In this document: one piece after another, positions 39,186 through 49,057 of the stretch
Layout: the number at the start of each line of letters is the position of its first letter
Position numbering within the stretch: the stretch's first letter is position 1
Origin: Candidatus Omnitrophota bacterium
Lineage (GTDB): Bacteria; Omnitrophota; Gorgyraeia; JAHIPI01
Reading direction: 5' to 3'
NCBI GenBank assembly: GCA_016783745.1
Contig: JADHVZ010000004.1
Location: forward strand, 3,544 to 67,543
DNA length: 64,000 bases
Notes under the pieces: model-generated
Databases searched by the model: none
Seen by the model: only the letters and a program-made list of their open reading frames with translations
What the model was told of the DNA's origin: nothing
Program-made: the position numbers and the translations under genes

Positions 39186-40115
39186 ATGAGTTATTTAAGC
39201 GATATAAAAAAGGTGATACGCACCAACGAAGCTATTGAGTTCCCGAAAGTCATCCTCATAGACAACTTCAACGGATGCAATCTGCGCTGTTCAATATGCG
39301 ACCACAAAAATATGGAAAAATACAGGCGCATTCAAAAAATGGATCTCGAGTTGTATGAAAAGGTCATAGATGAGATAGCCGTGATGGATCCTGATGCCAG
39401 GGTATGGGAGATATTTTTTGGTGACCCGTTTTTATGTAAAGATATGCCTATGAGGATAAAATATGCGAAAGATAAAGGCCTTAAAGACGTAGTTCTCAAT
39501 ACAAACGGCGCATTGATGACTCCTGAGAGAGCTAAACCCGTTATCGAAGCCGGTCTGGATGCCATGTATGTGGGCATTGACGCTACGAAGGCCGGGACCT
39601 ATGATAAGATAAGAGTAGGGGGAGATTTTAATAAAACCGTGGAAAATACGCTGAGCTACAGAGATCTATTGAAAAAATACGGCACGGAAAACCAAAAGCT
39701 ATATGTTCAATTTGTGGTCTGCGGCATAAACAGCGATGAAGCGGAAGGTTTCAAAGATTTTTGGACGAAGGAAAAAATTAATGTTAAGATCCGGCCAAAA
39801 GTGAGCTGGGCGGGCCTGGTAGAGGCCATGAATCTACGTGACAACAAGGGCCTGACCCGCAAACCTTGTTACTGGCTCATGCGGACGATCAATATATGCG
39901 CCGACGGTGAGGTTACGCTTTGCTCGGTAGATGTCCATTGCCATGTAAAGTGCGGCAATGCGGCGGATAAGACTATAAAAGAGATATGGGACGGCAAACT
40001 CAAAGAATACCGCGCCATGCATAATGCGGGCAGGTATGATGCGCTGCCGCCCATGTGCAGAGATTGCGGAGACTGGCAATCTACCTATGCGGAGTTTTTT
40101 AAGCCCGCGCTTTAA
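39186..40115 (+). CDS. Radical SAM protein with SPASM/twitch domain
   Basis: CNLRCSIC, NTNG, CYWL...DGEVTLC...CRDC. Confidence 0.9.
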   Translation: MSYLSDIKKVIRTNEAIEFPKVILIDNFNGCNLRCSICDHKNMEKYRRIQKMDLELYEKVIDEIAVMDPDARVWEIFFGDPFLCKDMPMRIKYAKDKGLKDVVLNTNGALMTPERAKPVIEAGLDAMYVGIDATKAGTYDKIRVGGDFNKTVENTLSYRDLLKKYGTENQKLYVQFVVCGINSDEAEGFKDFWTKEKINVKIRPKVSWAGLVEAMNLRDNKGLTRKPCYWLMRTINICADGEVTLCSVDVHCHVKCGNAADKTIKEIWDGKLKEYRAMHNAGRYDALPPMCRDCGDWQSTYAEFFKPAL

Positions 40116-40133
40116 ACGGTCAAGGATAGAAGA

Positions 40134-41111
40134 ATGCCTGAAAAAGAGATAAGCCACACTAAAGAGAGATACGCTATCAAGGGGGGCGCCGAAGAATTTC
40201 CCTTGATGCTCATATTGTCACTTGTTTATGTCTGTAACAGCAAGTGCCCCAATTGTCCGTATAGCAACTGCGATATTCAGAAAACTTATGACGATGCGCC
40301 GGTAATGCCGGAAGATATCTTCAGAAGGATCGTTGAAGAATCCGGACGATACAATGCCTATCTCAGAATAACAGCCGGCGGTGAGCCTATGCTCCACCCA
40401 AAGGCCGTCGACTTGATGGCCTACGCTAAAAGGCAAGGCACGAGGATAGGGTTGATCACGAATGGCTCACTATTCGACAGGAAGAAACTAACTTCTCTTA
40501 TAGAAGCCGGCGTAGATAATATCGAATTCAGCATCGATGCCGGCGACGAGGAGACATATAAGAGGGTGAGGCCCGGCCTGGATTGGAAAAGAGTGAATGA
40601 AAATGTCCGAATGGCGGCTGATATCAGAGATCATCTGAAGGCGCCTACCCGGATTATTGTCAGCGTCATAAACCAAAAGGACGTTGACATAAAAGCGGCC
40701 GATGGTTATTGGGGGAAAATCGCGGATAAGGTTCAGATAAGGAAATACTTGACCTGGGGCTACAACAAAGATCATTCGGCGGATCCCACACCTTATCTTC
40801 CTCTCGAAGAAGCGGTTCCGTGCCCATGGCTTTTTGAAAGGTTTAACATAGATACGAGGGGTGATGTTACCGTATGCGGCGAAGATATTGCTTTCGGCGA
40901 AAAATTCGGCAATGTTATGGAACACTCAATAAAAGAACTGTGGCGGCACCCCAAAATGGAATATTTCAGAAAGACGCATTTAGGCAAAAAAGGCGCCGAG
41001 ATCCCCATATGCGGCAAGTGTGATGATTGGCAGTACCGTTCATGGAATTATAATTACTGGAAAGTCGTCGATGATGCCGAGAAGACTAAAGGACTGAGAT
41101 CGAAGAGATGA
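40134..41111 (+). CDS. Radical SAM protein with SPASM/twitch domain
   Basis: CNSKCPNC, GGEPMLH, CPWL...GDVTVC...CGKC. Confidence 0.9.
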   Translation: MPEKEISHTKERYAIKGGAEEFPLMLILSLVYVCNSKCPNCPYSNCDIQKTYDDAPVMPEDIFRRIVEESGRYNAYLRITAGGEPMLHPKAVDLMAYAKRQGTRIGLITNGSLFDRKKLTSLIEAGVDNIEFSIDAGDEETYKRVRPGLDWKRVNENVRMAADIRDHLKAPTRIIVSVINQKDVDIKAADGYWGKIADKVQIRKYLTWGYNKDHSADPTPYLPLEEAVPCPWLFERFNIDTRGDVTVCGEDIAFGEKFGNVMEHSIKELWRHPKMEYFRKTHLGKKGAEIPICGKCDDWQYRSWNYNYWKVVDDAEKTKGLRSKR

Positions 41112-42028
41112 AGACTCATAAAAAAGTATTCTTAATAACGGGCGGATTCGGGTTTTTAGGCCCGCATCTCGTTCAACTTTTACTTAAGAAGGTCAGTCAT
41201 TGCGCGATGTATGTAGTAGGCAGGAAGAAGGCCAAGCTTATTTGGAAAGGAGACTCAAGGGTCAAATTCATTTACGGTGATTTGCGGGATGCCGGACTTT
41301 GGGCCGGATTGCCTAAGGACATCACGCATGTCTTTCATTTGGCCGCCGTTATTCCCTGGGGAAAGATGGATCAAAATAGGACGGACGTATTTATGGATAA
41401 CGTCCTGCCTATTTCGCATCTAATCGGATCCAGCCGGGCCTGGCCCGGGTTGAGGCAGGTTATATATTCTTCATCTATCTCGGTCTATGCGAGGACAAAT
41501 CGATTTATAAGAGAAGGTTCGCTTAAGGATCCGCCGAATGTTTACGGCGCTGCCAAGCTGGAAGGAGAGATCCTGTTGCAGAATTTAATAGCAAGGGGGA
41601 TCAAGGTCACTTACTTAAGGTATAGCTCTATTTACGGACATGGGCATCACCCAGGGACTGTCCTGCCGGTCATGCTCGATCGGGCTTTAAAAAGAAAAGA
41701 GGTCCTTGTCTATGGAACGGGCAATCGAACACAGGATTTTCTTTATTGCGAAGATGCGGCAAACGCAAATCTTCTGGCTTATGAGAAGAGCGCGAACGGA
41801 GTATTTAACATAGGATGCGGGGTGCCGGTTTCTATGAGGGAACTGGCTCATGCTATCAGCGATGTTTTTACGAATGGCAAAGCGAAGCTTATGCGGCAGC
41901 CCGCGAAAAAAAACCGCGAGCCGGGTTATAAAATCGACATTTCCAGAGCAAAGAGGGCATTGGGTTACCGGCCGACGCGAATAAAAGAAGGTTTGCGAAG
42001 ACTAAAGAAGGATATGGAGAGGTATTAG
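41108..42028 (+). CDS. NAD-dependent epimerase/reductase
   Basis: TGGFGFLG, HLAA, SSSISVY, YGAAK. Confidence 0.88.
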   Translation: MKTHKKVFLITGGFGFLGPHLVQLLLKKVSHCAMYVVGRKKAKLIWKGDSRVKFIYGDLRDAGLWAGLPKDITHVFHLAAVIPWGKMDQNRTDVFMDNVLPISHLIGSSRAWPGLRQVIYSSSISVYARTNRFIREGSLKDPPNVYGAAKLEGEILLQNLIARGIKVTYLRYSSIYGHGHHPGTVLPVMLDRALKRKEVLVYGTGNRTQDFLYCEDAANANLLAYEKSANGVFNIGCGVPVSMRELAHAISDVFTNGKAKLMRQPAKKNREPGYKIDISRAKRALGYRPTRIKEGLRRLKKDMERY

Positions 42029-43819
42029 GTGGATTTTCATCGCGTGTTAGTAACTGCAGTAGGCGGAAACATCGGCCAGGGGGTCATCAAGGCCCTCAGG
42101 GCTGGAAAAAGGCACTACCACATCGTCGGGGTGGATATGGAACCTCTCTCGGCGGGTTTTTCGCTTGTCGACAGCTATTATCGGATGCCGAGGACGGGAG
42201 ACCCGAGTTTCAATGATAAATTAATCGAAATCGCGCGACGGGAAAAAATAGAAGGGATTTATGTCTGCTCTCCGACTGAGCTTGAACCCTTTAGCATCTA
42301 TAAGGAAGAGCTGGAAAGAGAGTTGGGCCTCACGGTATTCGTGAACCCTATAGATGTGATCCGCATCGGCTCTGATAAGCTTGAGACGGCCGATTTCCTG
42401 CAAGGGGAGGGACTGCCTTATCTTGAAGCCGTGTCCGCTCAGGATGAAAAGGGCTTGAGCCGGCTGATACATAAATATAATTGGCCTTTACTGATGAAGC
42501 CGCGCAAAGGCTTTAGCTCAAGGGATCTGTTTGTCGTGGATTCCATGGAAAAGATAAAGGCTGTGCGGATGCTGGTTTCCGATTCGATAGTCCAAAGATA
42601 TCTACCGGACGATAACACCGAATATACCGCGGGCACGGTCTCCGGTCCGGACAAGAAAGTCCGAGCGTCCATAACCCTGCACAGGGACCTCATCCAGGGC
42701 ACTTCATATAGAACGGAGTTGGTGCAGGATAGAGATATTACCGATCAGGTCGTAAGCATAGTCGAGGCTTTAGGCGCCGTAGGCGTCTGTAATATCCAAT
42801 TCCGTTTACATGACGGAAAGGCCTATGTATTCGAGATCAATCCGCGCTTTTCCGGCACAAGCGGCATACGCTATCTTTATGGTTTTAACGATCCCGAGAT
42901 GGCCTTCGAACTCTTTCGGCTGGGTGTCGATATCGGTCAACCGGAGCTGCGTCCGGCAGCGGTCCTCAGGTATTGGAACGAGATCTTTATATCAGGAGCT
43001 ACGTTTGACAAACTTCATGACGGGACGCAAGGACACCGGGGCATCCAGAAGGTGATCAAAAGGCCTATTATTGAGAGATCCGCGCGCGATCTTGACCTTT
43101 CCCATGAGCAGGAGAAGAGCTCTTTAGACAGCATGGCCGATAGGTATTTCACCCAAAAGGCCCTCGGGCCGGATGACAAACAGATGGGATTTATTATAGA
43201 CGAGATCTTAACTGTCTGCCGCGGGCCAAAGGTCTTAAAATTGGGCTATGGTAACGGCCATTCAGTCCTGAAACTTGTAGATATGGGATTTGACGTGACC
43301 GTAGTGGAGGGTGCTTCTCAACTGGCAAATGAGTGCCGTGACGGCTTCGGCGGAAGGGTAAAAATAGCCCATTCTCTTTTTGAAGAATTTAAACCGGAAG
43401 AATATTATGATACTATCATCGCGTCATGCGTGCTTGAGCATGTGAAAGATCCGAAGGAGCTTTTACACTTACTTACAGCCTGGCTTGCGCCTGAAGGAAG
43501 TCTACATATTGCGGTTCCAAATGCTCTGTCTTTGCATAGAAGGGTCGGGCTTAAAATGGGTTTGCTGCGGGAACCTATGGAACTCAGTCCCCAGGAACTT
43601 GAAGTAGGGCATCGCCGTTCATACACGGTAGATACTTTGAAGGCGGAGCTTGATAGTGCCGGGCTGAATGTGAATTTTATCAAAGGTATATTTTTGAAGC
43701 CTCTCTCAAGCGGGCAGATGATGGACTGGCCCCATGATCTTCTAGAGGGCTATAATAAACTAAGTGATGAATTGCCGGAATATACCGCGTTTATTTACGG
43801 AAGTTGTTCGAAAAAATAA
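42029..43819 (+). CDS. ATP-grasp ligase fused to class I methyltransferase
   Basis: VTAVGG, DKLET, KPRKG.SS, FEINPRFSG; C-part VLKLGYGNG, VLEHV, VPNA.SLHR. Confidence 0.8.
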   Translation: MDFHRVLVTAVGGNIGQGVIKALRAGKRHYHIVGVDMEPLSAGFSLVDSYYRMPRTGDPSFNDKLIEIARREKIEGIYVCSPTELEPFSIYKEELERELGLTVFVNPIDVIRIGSDKLETADFLQGEGLPYLEAVSAQDEKGLSRLIHKYNWPLLMKPRKGFSSRDLFVVDSMEKIKAVRMLVSDSIVQRYLPDDNTEYTAGTVSGPDKKVRASITLHRDLIQGTSYRTELVQDRDITDQVVSIVEALGAVGVCNIQFRLHDGKAYVFEINPRFSGTSGIRYLYGFNDPEMAFELFRLGVDIGQPELRPAAVLRYWNEIFISGATFDKLHDGTQGHRGIQKVIKRPIIERSARDLDLSHEQEKSSLDSMADRYFTQKALGPDDKQMGFIIDEILTVCRGPKVLKLGYGNGHSVLKLVDMGFDVTVVEGASQLANECRDGFGGRVKIAHSLFEEFKPEEYYDTIIASCVLEHVKDPKELLHLLTAWLAPEGSLHIAVPNALSLHRRVGLKMGLLREPMELSPQELEVGHRRSYTVDTLKAELDSAGLNVNFIKGIFLKPLSSGQMMDWPHDLLEGYNKLSDELPEYTAFIYGSCSKK

Positions 43820-43830
43820 AGAGGCCTGAA

Positions 43831-44415
43831 ATGTCAATAAGTCTTAAGGGGTTGATCAGAAGTGATCTGGAAAGATATTCTCAGACATATAAATTGAGAG
43901 GCCAGGCTTACTCAAAGTGGCGGGTGGCGTTTGAGAGTTTTGTCTTTAAGGCCGGGTTTCAGGCTGTCCTCCTTTATCGCGTAAGCCATTGGTTTTATCG
44001 TATAAGATTCACCGGCTTAGCGTGGTTGTTGGCCCGTTTGAATGTCACCCTGACAGGCGCGGAGATCGAATTCAATGCCGAAATAGGCCCTGGTATGTTT
44101 ATATCACATCCTGTGGGAATAGTGATAGGCAGGGGTACGAGGATCGGTTCCGGTGCCACCCTATTTCAGGGTGTTTCTTTCGGCGTTAAGAGCTGGCATC
44201 CGGATGACATAAAGAAGTTTCCAAAGGTAGGGAACAACTGTTTCTTTTTTGCGCATGCGGTGATCCTTGGGGACGTGACTATCGGGGATAATTGTGTTGT
44301 GGCTGCCCAGGCAGTAGTCACCAAAGATATGCCGGACGGCTACCTTGCCAAAGGCGTGCCCGCGGAGATCTATTCGGAAAAAGGGCAAGAAGTCATCTCT
44401 TCCTGGAGCTATTAA
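43831..44415 (+). CDS. CysE-like hexapeptide acyltransferase
   Basis: IGPGMFISHPVGIVIG, left-handed beta-helix repeats, GVPA; ATG 43831 preferred over TTG 43804. Confidence 0.85.
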   Translation: MSISLKGLIRSDLERYSQTYKLRGQAYSKWRVAFESFVFKAGFQAVLLYRVSHWFYRIRFTGLAWLLARLNVTLTGAEIEFNAEIGPGMFISHPVGIVIGRGTRIGSGATLFQGVSFGVKSWHPDDIKKFPKVGNNCFFFAHAVILGDVTIGDNCVVAAQAVVTKDMPDGYLAKGVPAEIYSEKGQEVISSWSY

Positions 44416-44424
44416 GGCAAAATT

Positions 44425-46278
44425 ATGTGCGGGATATGCGGTTATAGCGGCGAAAAAAACGATAAGTTGATGGCGAAGATGCTGGAGCGCATGCGCCATA
44501 GGGGCCCTAATGACAGCGGCTGTTACATGGATAGGAACAGAAAGATCAATATTGGCATGGTCCGTCTTTCTATCATCGACCTGCACGGCGGGCATCAGCC
44601 GATATCAAATGAGGACGGGGCCATAAGAGTGGTCTTTAACGGTGAAATATATAATTATATCGAACTGCGGGATGAGCTTGAAAGAAAGGGGCATCGGTTT
44701 AAGACATTGAGCGATACGGAGACTATAGTACACGCCTATGAAGAATACGGGCTCTCTTTCCCCGATAAGTTAAACGGGATGTTTGCTATAGGCATCTGGG
44801 ATCTTCGCGAAAATAAACTTATCTTAATAAGGGACCGGTTCGGTATCAAGCCGCTGTTTTACGCTCATAGGCCCGGCATGCTGGTTTTCGGTTCTGAGAT
44901 CAAAGTCCTCTTATCACATCCGGATGTCAGCAGAGATATCGATTACGAAGCTCTTTCCCACTATTTTTCTTTAAGGAATATCCCGGCGCCTTTCACTGTG
45001 TATAAATCCATTAAGGCGCTGTTGCCGGGACAGATGCTGATCTGGGATGGAAAGCGATGCGAGATATCCGGGTGGTATAAATTGGATATGGAAACAAAAT
45101 GGGGCGATGATGATGAGGATGTATTGATCGACAGGATCAATGAGCTGCTGCGAGACAGCGTCAGACTGAGATTACGCTCAGACGTTGAATACGGAGCTTA
45201 TCTATCCGGGGGCATGGATTCTTCGACCGTGGTCGGTATCATGAGTGAATTTTCAAAAAAACCGGTAAAGACTTTCAGCCTCTCTTATGCCGATTCTCCT
45301 GGACATAAACAGGATGCCCATTTCGCGCGTAAGGTCGCCCGACGTTATTCGACTGAACACCATGAATACGTTATGGGCTGGAATGACTTGCAAAGGGAGA
45401 TGCCGGAGGTTATCCGCCATCTGGATCAACCTTTTGCCGGGGTTATCTCATCCTATTGGCTTTCACGCTTCATGAGCAAATATGTGACTGTCGCCCTATC
45501 AGGTGACGGCGCAGACGACACCTTTGCCTCTTACGGACACCATCGGCTCATCGCCCCTATTGCCGCGGCTCAAAGAGTAGGGCATGGGGGAGGATCGATT
45601 GATGAAGCGGATCTCGGCTTTTTTAAAGAAAAAGAGGGACTAGTACGCGAATTGGCGCAGCGTTCGCCCTGGGAGTGGAGGCTTTCTTACGCTTCTTTTA
45701 TGGAGCACGAGAAGGAGATGCTCTTTTCAGCAAAAGGTAAGGATGCGATGATGCCTTACTCGACATCAGAGTTTTTTAAAGATGTCTACCTGCGTTGCGT
45801 ATCCGGGACCGATGAGCTTAACAGGATGTTGTATCTGGATATAAACACGCTTCTTCCGAATGAGATCCTCTATTTTAACGACATGCTTTCAATGCGTAAT
45901 TCAATGGAGGTGCGGACGCCATTTCTTGACTTCCGGCTCGTCGAATTGGCCTGTTCCATACCCGGGACGCTTAAGATCAAGGGCATGTCCCTTAAATATA
46001 TTTTAAGGAAAGTAGCCTCACGCTATCTTCCCGATGAAATATTAAAGAGGCCAAAGGAGGGATTCGTTCTTCCTAAGAATACGTGGCTTAGGCAAGGTAT
46101 GGCACCGATGCTCAGGGATGTTTTGTCGAAAGACCGCATAGCCATTCACGGATATTTAAATCACGAATACGTCGATTCTTTAATAAAGGACTTTTTTGCT
46201 GGAAACGATACGTTAACGTTTAAGGTCTGGAGTCTTATGGTCTTCCAGGTCTGGTATGAGAATCATTTAAAGATATGA
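44425..46278 (+). CDS. asnB: Asparagine synthase-like glutamine amidotransferase (sugar amidation)
   Basis: MCGICG, HRGP, RLSIIDL, NGEIYN, LSGGMDSS, LSGDGAD, RPKEGF. Confidence 0.92.
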   Translation: MCGICGYSGEKNDKLMAKMLERMRHRGPNDSGCYMDRNRKINIGMVRLSIIDLHGGHQPISNEDGAIRVVFNGEIYNYIELRDELERKGHRFKTLSDTETIVHAYEEYGLSFPDKLNGMFAIGIWDLRENKLILIRDRFGIKPLFYAHRPGMLVFGSEIKVLLSHPDVSRDIDYEALSHYFSLRNIPAPFTVYKSIKALLPGQMLIWDGKRCEISGWYKLDMETKWGDDDEDVLIDRINELLRDSVRLRLRSDVEYGAYLSGGMDSSTVVGIMSEFSKKPVKTFSLSYADSPGHKQDAHFARKVARRYSTEHHEYVMGWNDLQREMPEVIRHLDQPFAGVISSYWLSRFMSKYVTVALSGDGADDTFASYGHHRLIAPIAAAQRVGHGGGSIDEADLGFFKEKEGLVRELAQRSPWEWRLSYASFMEHEKEMLFSAKGKDAMMPYSTSEFFKDVYLRCVSGTDELNRMLYLDINTLLPNEILYFNDMLSMRNSMEVRTPFLDFRLVELACSIPGTLKIKGMSLKYILRKVASRYLPDEILKRPKEGFVLPKNTWLRQGMAPMLRDVLSKDRIAIHGYLNHEYVDSLIKDFFAGNDTLTFKVWSLMVFQVWYENHLKI

Positions 46279-47078
46279 ATGAAATAAATAAACAGCATTT
46301 AAACAGATATTTTCATTTCGACAGATTGATGAAGGACTGTTCGATAGAATGCGTCCTCGAGCGATATAAGTCGGATCACGACGGCATTGACCAGTCTGTC
46401 CTGATCATGAGGCCCGCAGGCAGGAGATCCAAAAGGATTTTCTTCTTTTTCCACGGCATGAGCGGGGATCGCGGCGACGGTATCGTAGCCCAGGACCTGG
46501 TAAAAAAACTGGACGCCACTATTGTCTCGATGGGCGGCCGCGGCCCTTGCTGGATCTCAGACGGGTTTATACAGGATGCCGAAAAAGTCATAGAGCAGTA
46601 TTCTAAGGGGTACAAGGGGTATTATTTAATGGGTATCTCTATGGGCGGGACTCAGGCGTTTTCCCTGGCGGGTTTACTTTCCAATGAATTGCAGCGGGCG
46701 ATATCAGGCGTGATCGCCCTTATGCCGGGTTCAGACCTGCCGGCTATCGCTGATAGATCCAGCCATAAAAGCGTCAGGGATACATTGATATCTTCCGTAG
46801 GCGGAGATATTACCAGGTTAGAGCAGAGGAGCCCGGATAGGCTTATCGGTAAATATAGAAAGGGTCTTCCGTTCAGCATATTTTATAACGAGCATGATAC
46901 GGTCCTTTTAAGCGAAAAACTGGAAGGGTTTATTCAAGATCTGCAAAAAAGACACCCCGTAAGCGTTTTTACGGCGCCCGGAGAACATGATTTCACTTAT
47001 GAAGATTTTGACTACAAAAAGATATTTGATGCTTTAGGCAGAGATCCAGCGGCAAAAGAGGTGTTAAATTTTTCTTAA
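46275..47078 (+). CDS. Alpha/beta hydrolase
   Basis: FFHG, GISMGG nucleophile elbow, HD, GEH. Confidence 0.75.
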   Translation: MNEINKQHLNRYFHFDRLMKDCSIECVLERYKSDHDGIDQSVLIMRPAGRRSKRIFFFFHGMSGDRGDGIVAQDLVKKLDATIVSMGGRGPCWISDGFIQDAEKVIEQYSKGYKGYYLMGISMGGTQAFSLAGLLSNELQRAISGVIALMPGSDLPAIADRSSHKSVRDTLISSVGGDITRLEQRSPDRLIGKYRKGLPFSIFYNEHDTVLLSEKLEGFIQDLQKRHPVSVFTAPGEHDFTYEDFDYKKIFDALGRDPAAKEVLNFS

Positions 47079-47090
47079 AAGAAGGAGTAT

Positions 47091-48128
47091 ATGATGAAGA
47101 CGGTATTACTTACAGGCGGAGCGGGATTTATGGGCAGCAACGTAGTCAAACACATTTACAATAAATATCCTGATTATAAAATAATCATCCTGGACGCCTT
47201 GACCTATGCCAGTGATATCGAGAACCTTCCGGTGAACATCAATGAAAACAGCGACAACAGGATCGTCTTCTGGTACGGCAATGTGAGGAACGGCGAGCTT
47301 GTAGATAGCCTTGTCTCTCAATCCGATATTGTCCTGCACTTTGCCGCCGAGACCCATGTAACGCGCTCCATATACGACAATTTTTTGTTCTTTGAAACAG
47401 ACGTGTTAGGGACTCAAGCAGTGGCCAATGCGGTCGTAAAGTACAAGGATAGAGTAGAGAGATTTATTCACATCTCCACATCCGAGGTCTACGGAACCGC
47501 TATGAAGGAAGTGATGGACGAAGAGCATCCGTTGATGCCGATGACTCCTTATGCCTCGGCGAAGGCAGGCGCCGACAGGCTGGTCTACTCCTACTGGAAG
47601 ACCTATGATATACCGGCTACGATCATCCGCCCCTTCAACAATTACGGCCCCTTCCAACATCTTGAAAAGGCGGTCCCGAGGTTCATAACCAGTTGTATGT
47701 TGGACGAGCCCCTCAGGGTCCACGGAGACGGAAGCGCGTCAAGGGACTATGTATTTGTGGAGGATATGTGCAGGGCCGTTGATATTGTGATGCACGCCGA
47801 TATCGAAAAAGTCAAAGGCGAGACCTTTAATGTGGCGTCCGGAACGCACCGCTCTATTCTGTCTATCGCGTATGACGTCGTAAGGTCCATGGGAAAGGAC
47901 GGATCAGCGATCACTTTCGTCGGAGACCGTCCCGGCCAGGTCTTCAGGCATACGGGAAGCGTCATAAAGGCGAAGAATATATTAAACTGGAGCCCCACCG
48001 TGGCTTGGGAGGAAGGACTGGAAAGCACGATAAAGTGGTATATGGACAATAGGAGTTGGTGGGAGAAGCAGCTGTGGATGAGGACGGTCCCGGTCATAAC
48101 TAGTATGGGTAAAAAGGAAATACATTGA
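47091..48128 (+). CDS. dTDP-glucose 4,6-dehydratase-like extended SDR
   Basis: TGGAGFMG, DALTYA, HFAAETHV, STSEVYG, YASAK, NNYGP.Q..EK, DRPG. Confidence 0.85.
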   Translation: MMKTVLLTGGAGFMGSNVVKHIYNKYPDYKIIILDALTYASDIENLPVNINENSDNRIVFWYGNVRNGELVDSLVSQSDIVLHFAAETHVTRSIYDNFLFFETDVLGTQAVANAVVKYKDRVERFIHISTSEVYGTAMKEVMDEEHPLMPMTPYASAKAGADRLVYSYWKTYDIPATIIRPFNNYGPFQHLEKAVPRFITSCMLDEPLRVHGDGSASRDYVFVEDMCRAVDIVMHADIEKVKGETFNVASGTHRSILSIAYDVVRSMGKDGSAITFVGDRPGQVFRHTGSVIKAKNILNWSPTVAWEEGLESTIKWYMDNRSWWEKQLWMRTVPVITSMGKKEIH

Positions 48129-49057
48129 TGGAGACAGCGCCTGCGAATATAGGCCGACTCAAAAGTAAGTTCGACGGAAGCGTATCCCTTTTATGCTGGG
48201 CATATAACGAAGAGGCCTCTGTCGGCGATTTTCTCGAAAGGGCGTCGGCCTTGATGGAAGAGGCGGTGGAAGACTATGAGATCGTGATGATAGATGACGG
48301 GAGCACTGACAAGACTTATGAGATCGCCAGAAGTTTTCAGGAAAAAGACCCCCGCTTGAAAATATTCAGAAATGAGAAAAATTCCAATGTGGGTGTTTCG
48401 ATCCCAAAAGCTATAAAGAACGCGTCAAAAGAGTATCTATTCTGGCAGACCGTTGATTGGTGCTACGATATCTCAAATTTGAGGATCTTTCTCGAATATT
48501 TAAAGTCATATGATATTGTTCAGGGGGTAAGGAGAAGGCCGGTAAAAGTAAAGGGTAGATTGATAAAGCCCATAGCGGCGGTTATAAGACTCTTTGGCAT
48601 AAAACATCTGACCAGGCGCTCGGATACGCTGATGAAAGCGGTGATCTCAGTGATCAACTATAGCCTTATAAGAGGTCTTTTTGGGTTGCCCGTATCCGAT
48701 TTTCAAAACGTTACTTTTTACCAGACAAAAATGGTCCGATCTTTGAGATCGGAGGCGAAGAGCGCTTTCACCAATCCGGAGCTCTTGATAAAATCTTATT
48801 GGAAAGGGGCATCCATAAAAGAAGTCCCCATAAGTTTTATACCGAGGACAAAAGGGAAGCCTAAGGGCACGGCTTTGAGATCTGTGGCAAATGCCGTTAA
48901 CGACATACTTAAGCTGCACTTTAGATGGGTGATACTGGGCAGAAGGGATCTCATCCGGCCGGGTAAAGTGCACAGGCTCGATCCGTCTGAGTGGAAAGAA
49001 GGATATGAAGGTATTACTGATAATCCCGCCTACAGACTTGAAGAAGTCTTACGGTAA
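48125..49057 (+). CDS. GT2 glycosyltransferase, polyprenol-phosphate (DPM/ArnC/GtrB-like) type
   Basis: AYNEE, IDDGSTD, VQGVR, SDFQ, EVPISFIPR. Confidence 0.8.
   Translation: MMETAPANIGRLKSKFDGSVSLLCWAYNEEASVGDFLERASALMEEAVEDYEIVMIDDGSTDKTYEIARSFQEKDPRLKIFRNEKNSNVGVSIPKAIKNASKEYLFWQTVDWCYDISNLRIFLEYLKSYDIVQGVRRRPVKVKGRLIKPIAAVIRLFGIKHLTRRSDTLMKAVISVINYSLIRGLFGLPVSDFQNVTFYQTKMVRSLRSEAKSAFTNPELLIKSYWKGASIKEVPISFIPRTKGKPKGTALRSVANAVNDILKLHFRWVILGRRDLIRPGKVHRLDPSEWKEGYEGITDNPAYRLEEVLR

Noticed and set aside
14091-41111. RiPP cluster (SPASM enzymes + ABC exporter + ATP-grasp)
   Set aside because: No precursor peptide ORF, RRE domain or peptidase domain; context is entirely nucleotide-sugar enzymes.
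43831-46278. Housekeeping cysE and asnB for amino-acid synthesis
   Set aside because: Embedded in a sugar-tailoring block; such paralogues normally acylate or amidate sugars, so amino-acid roles were not assigned.
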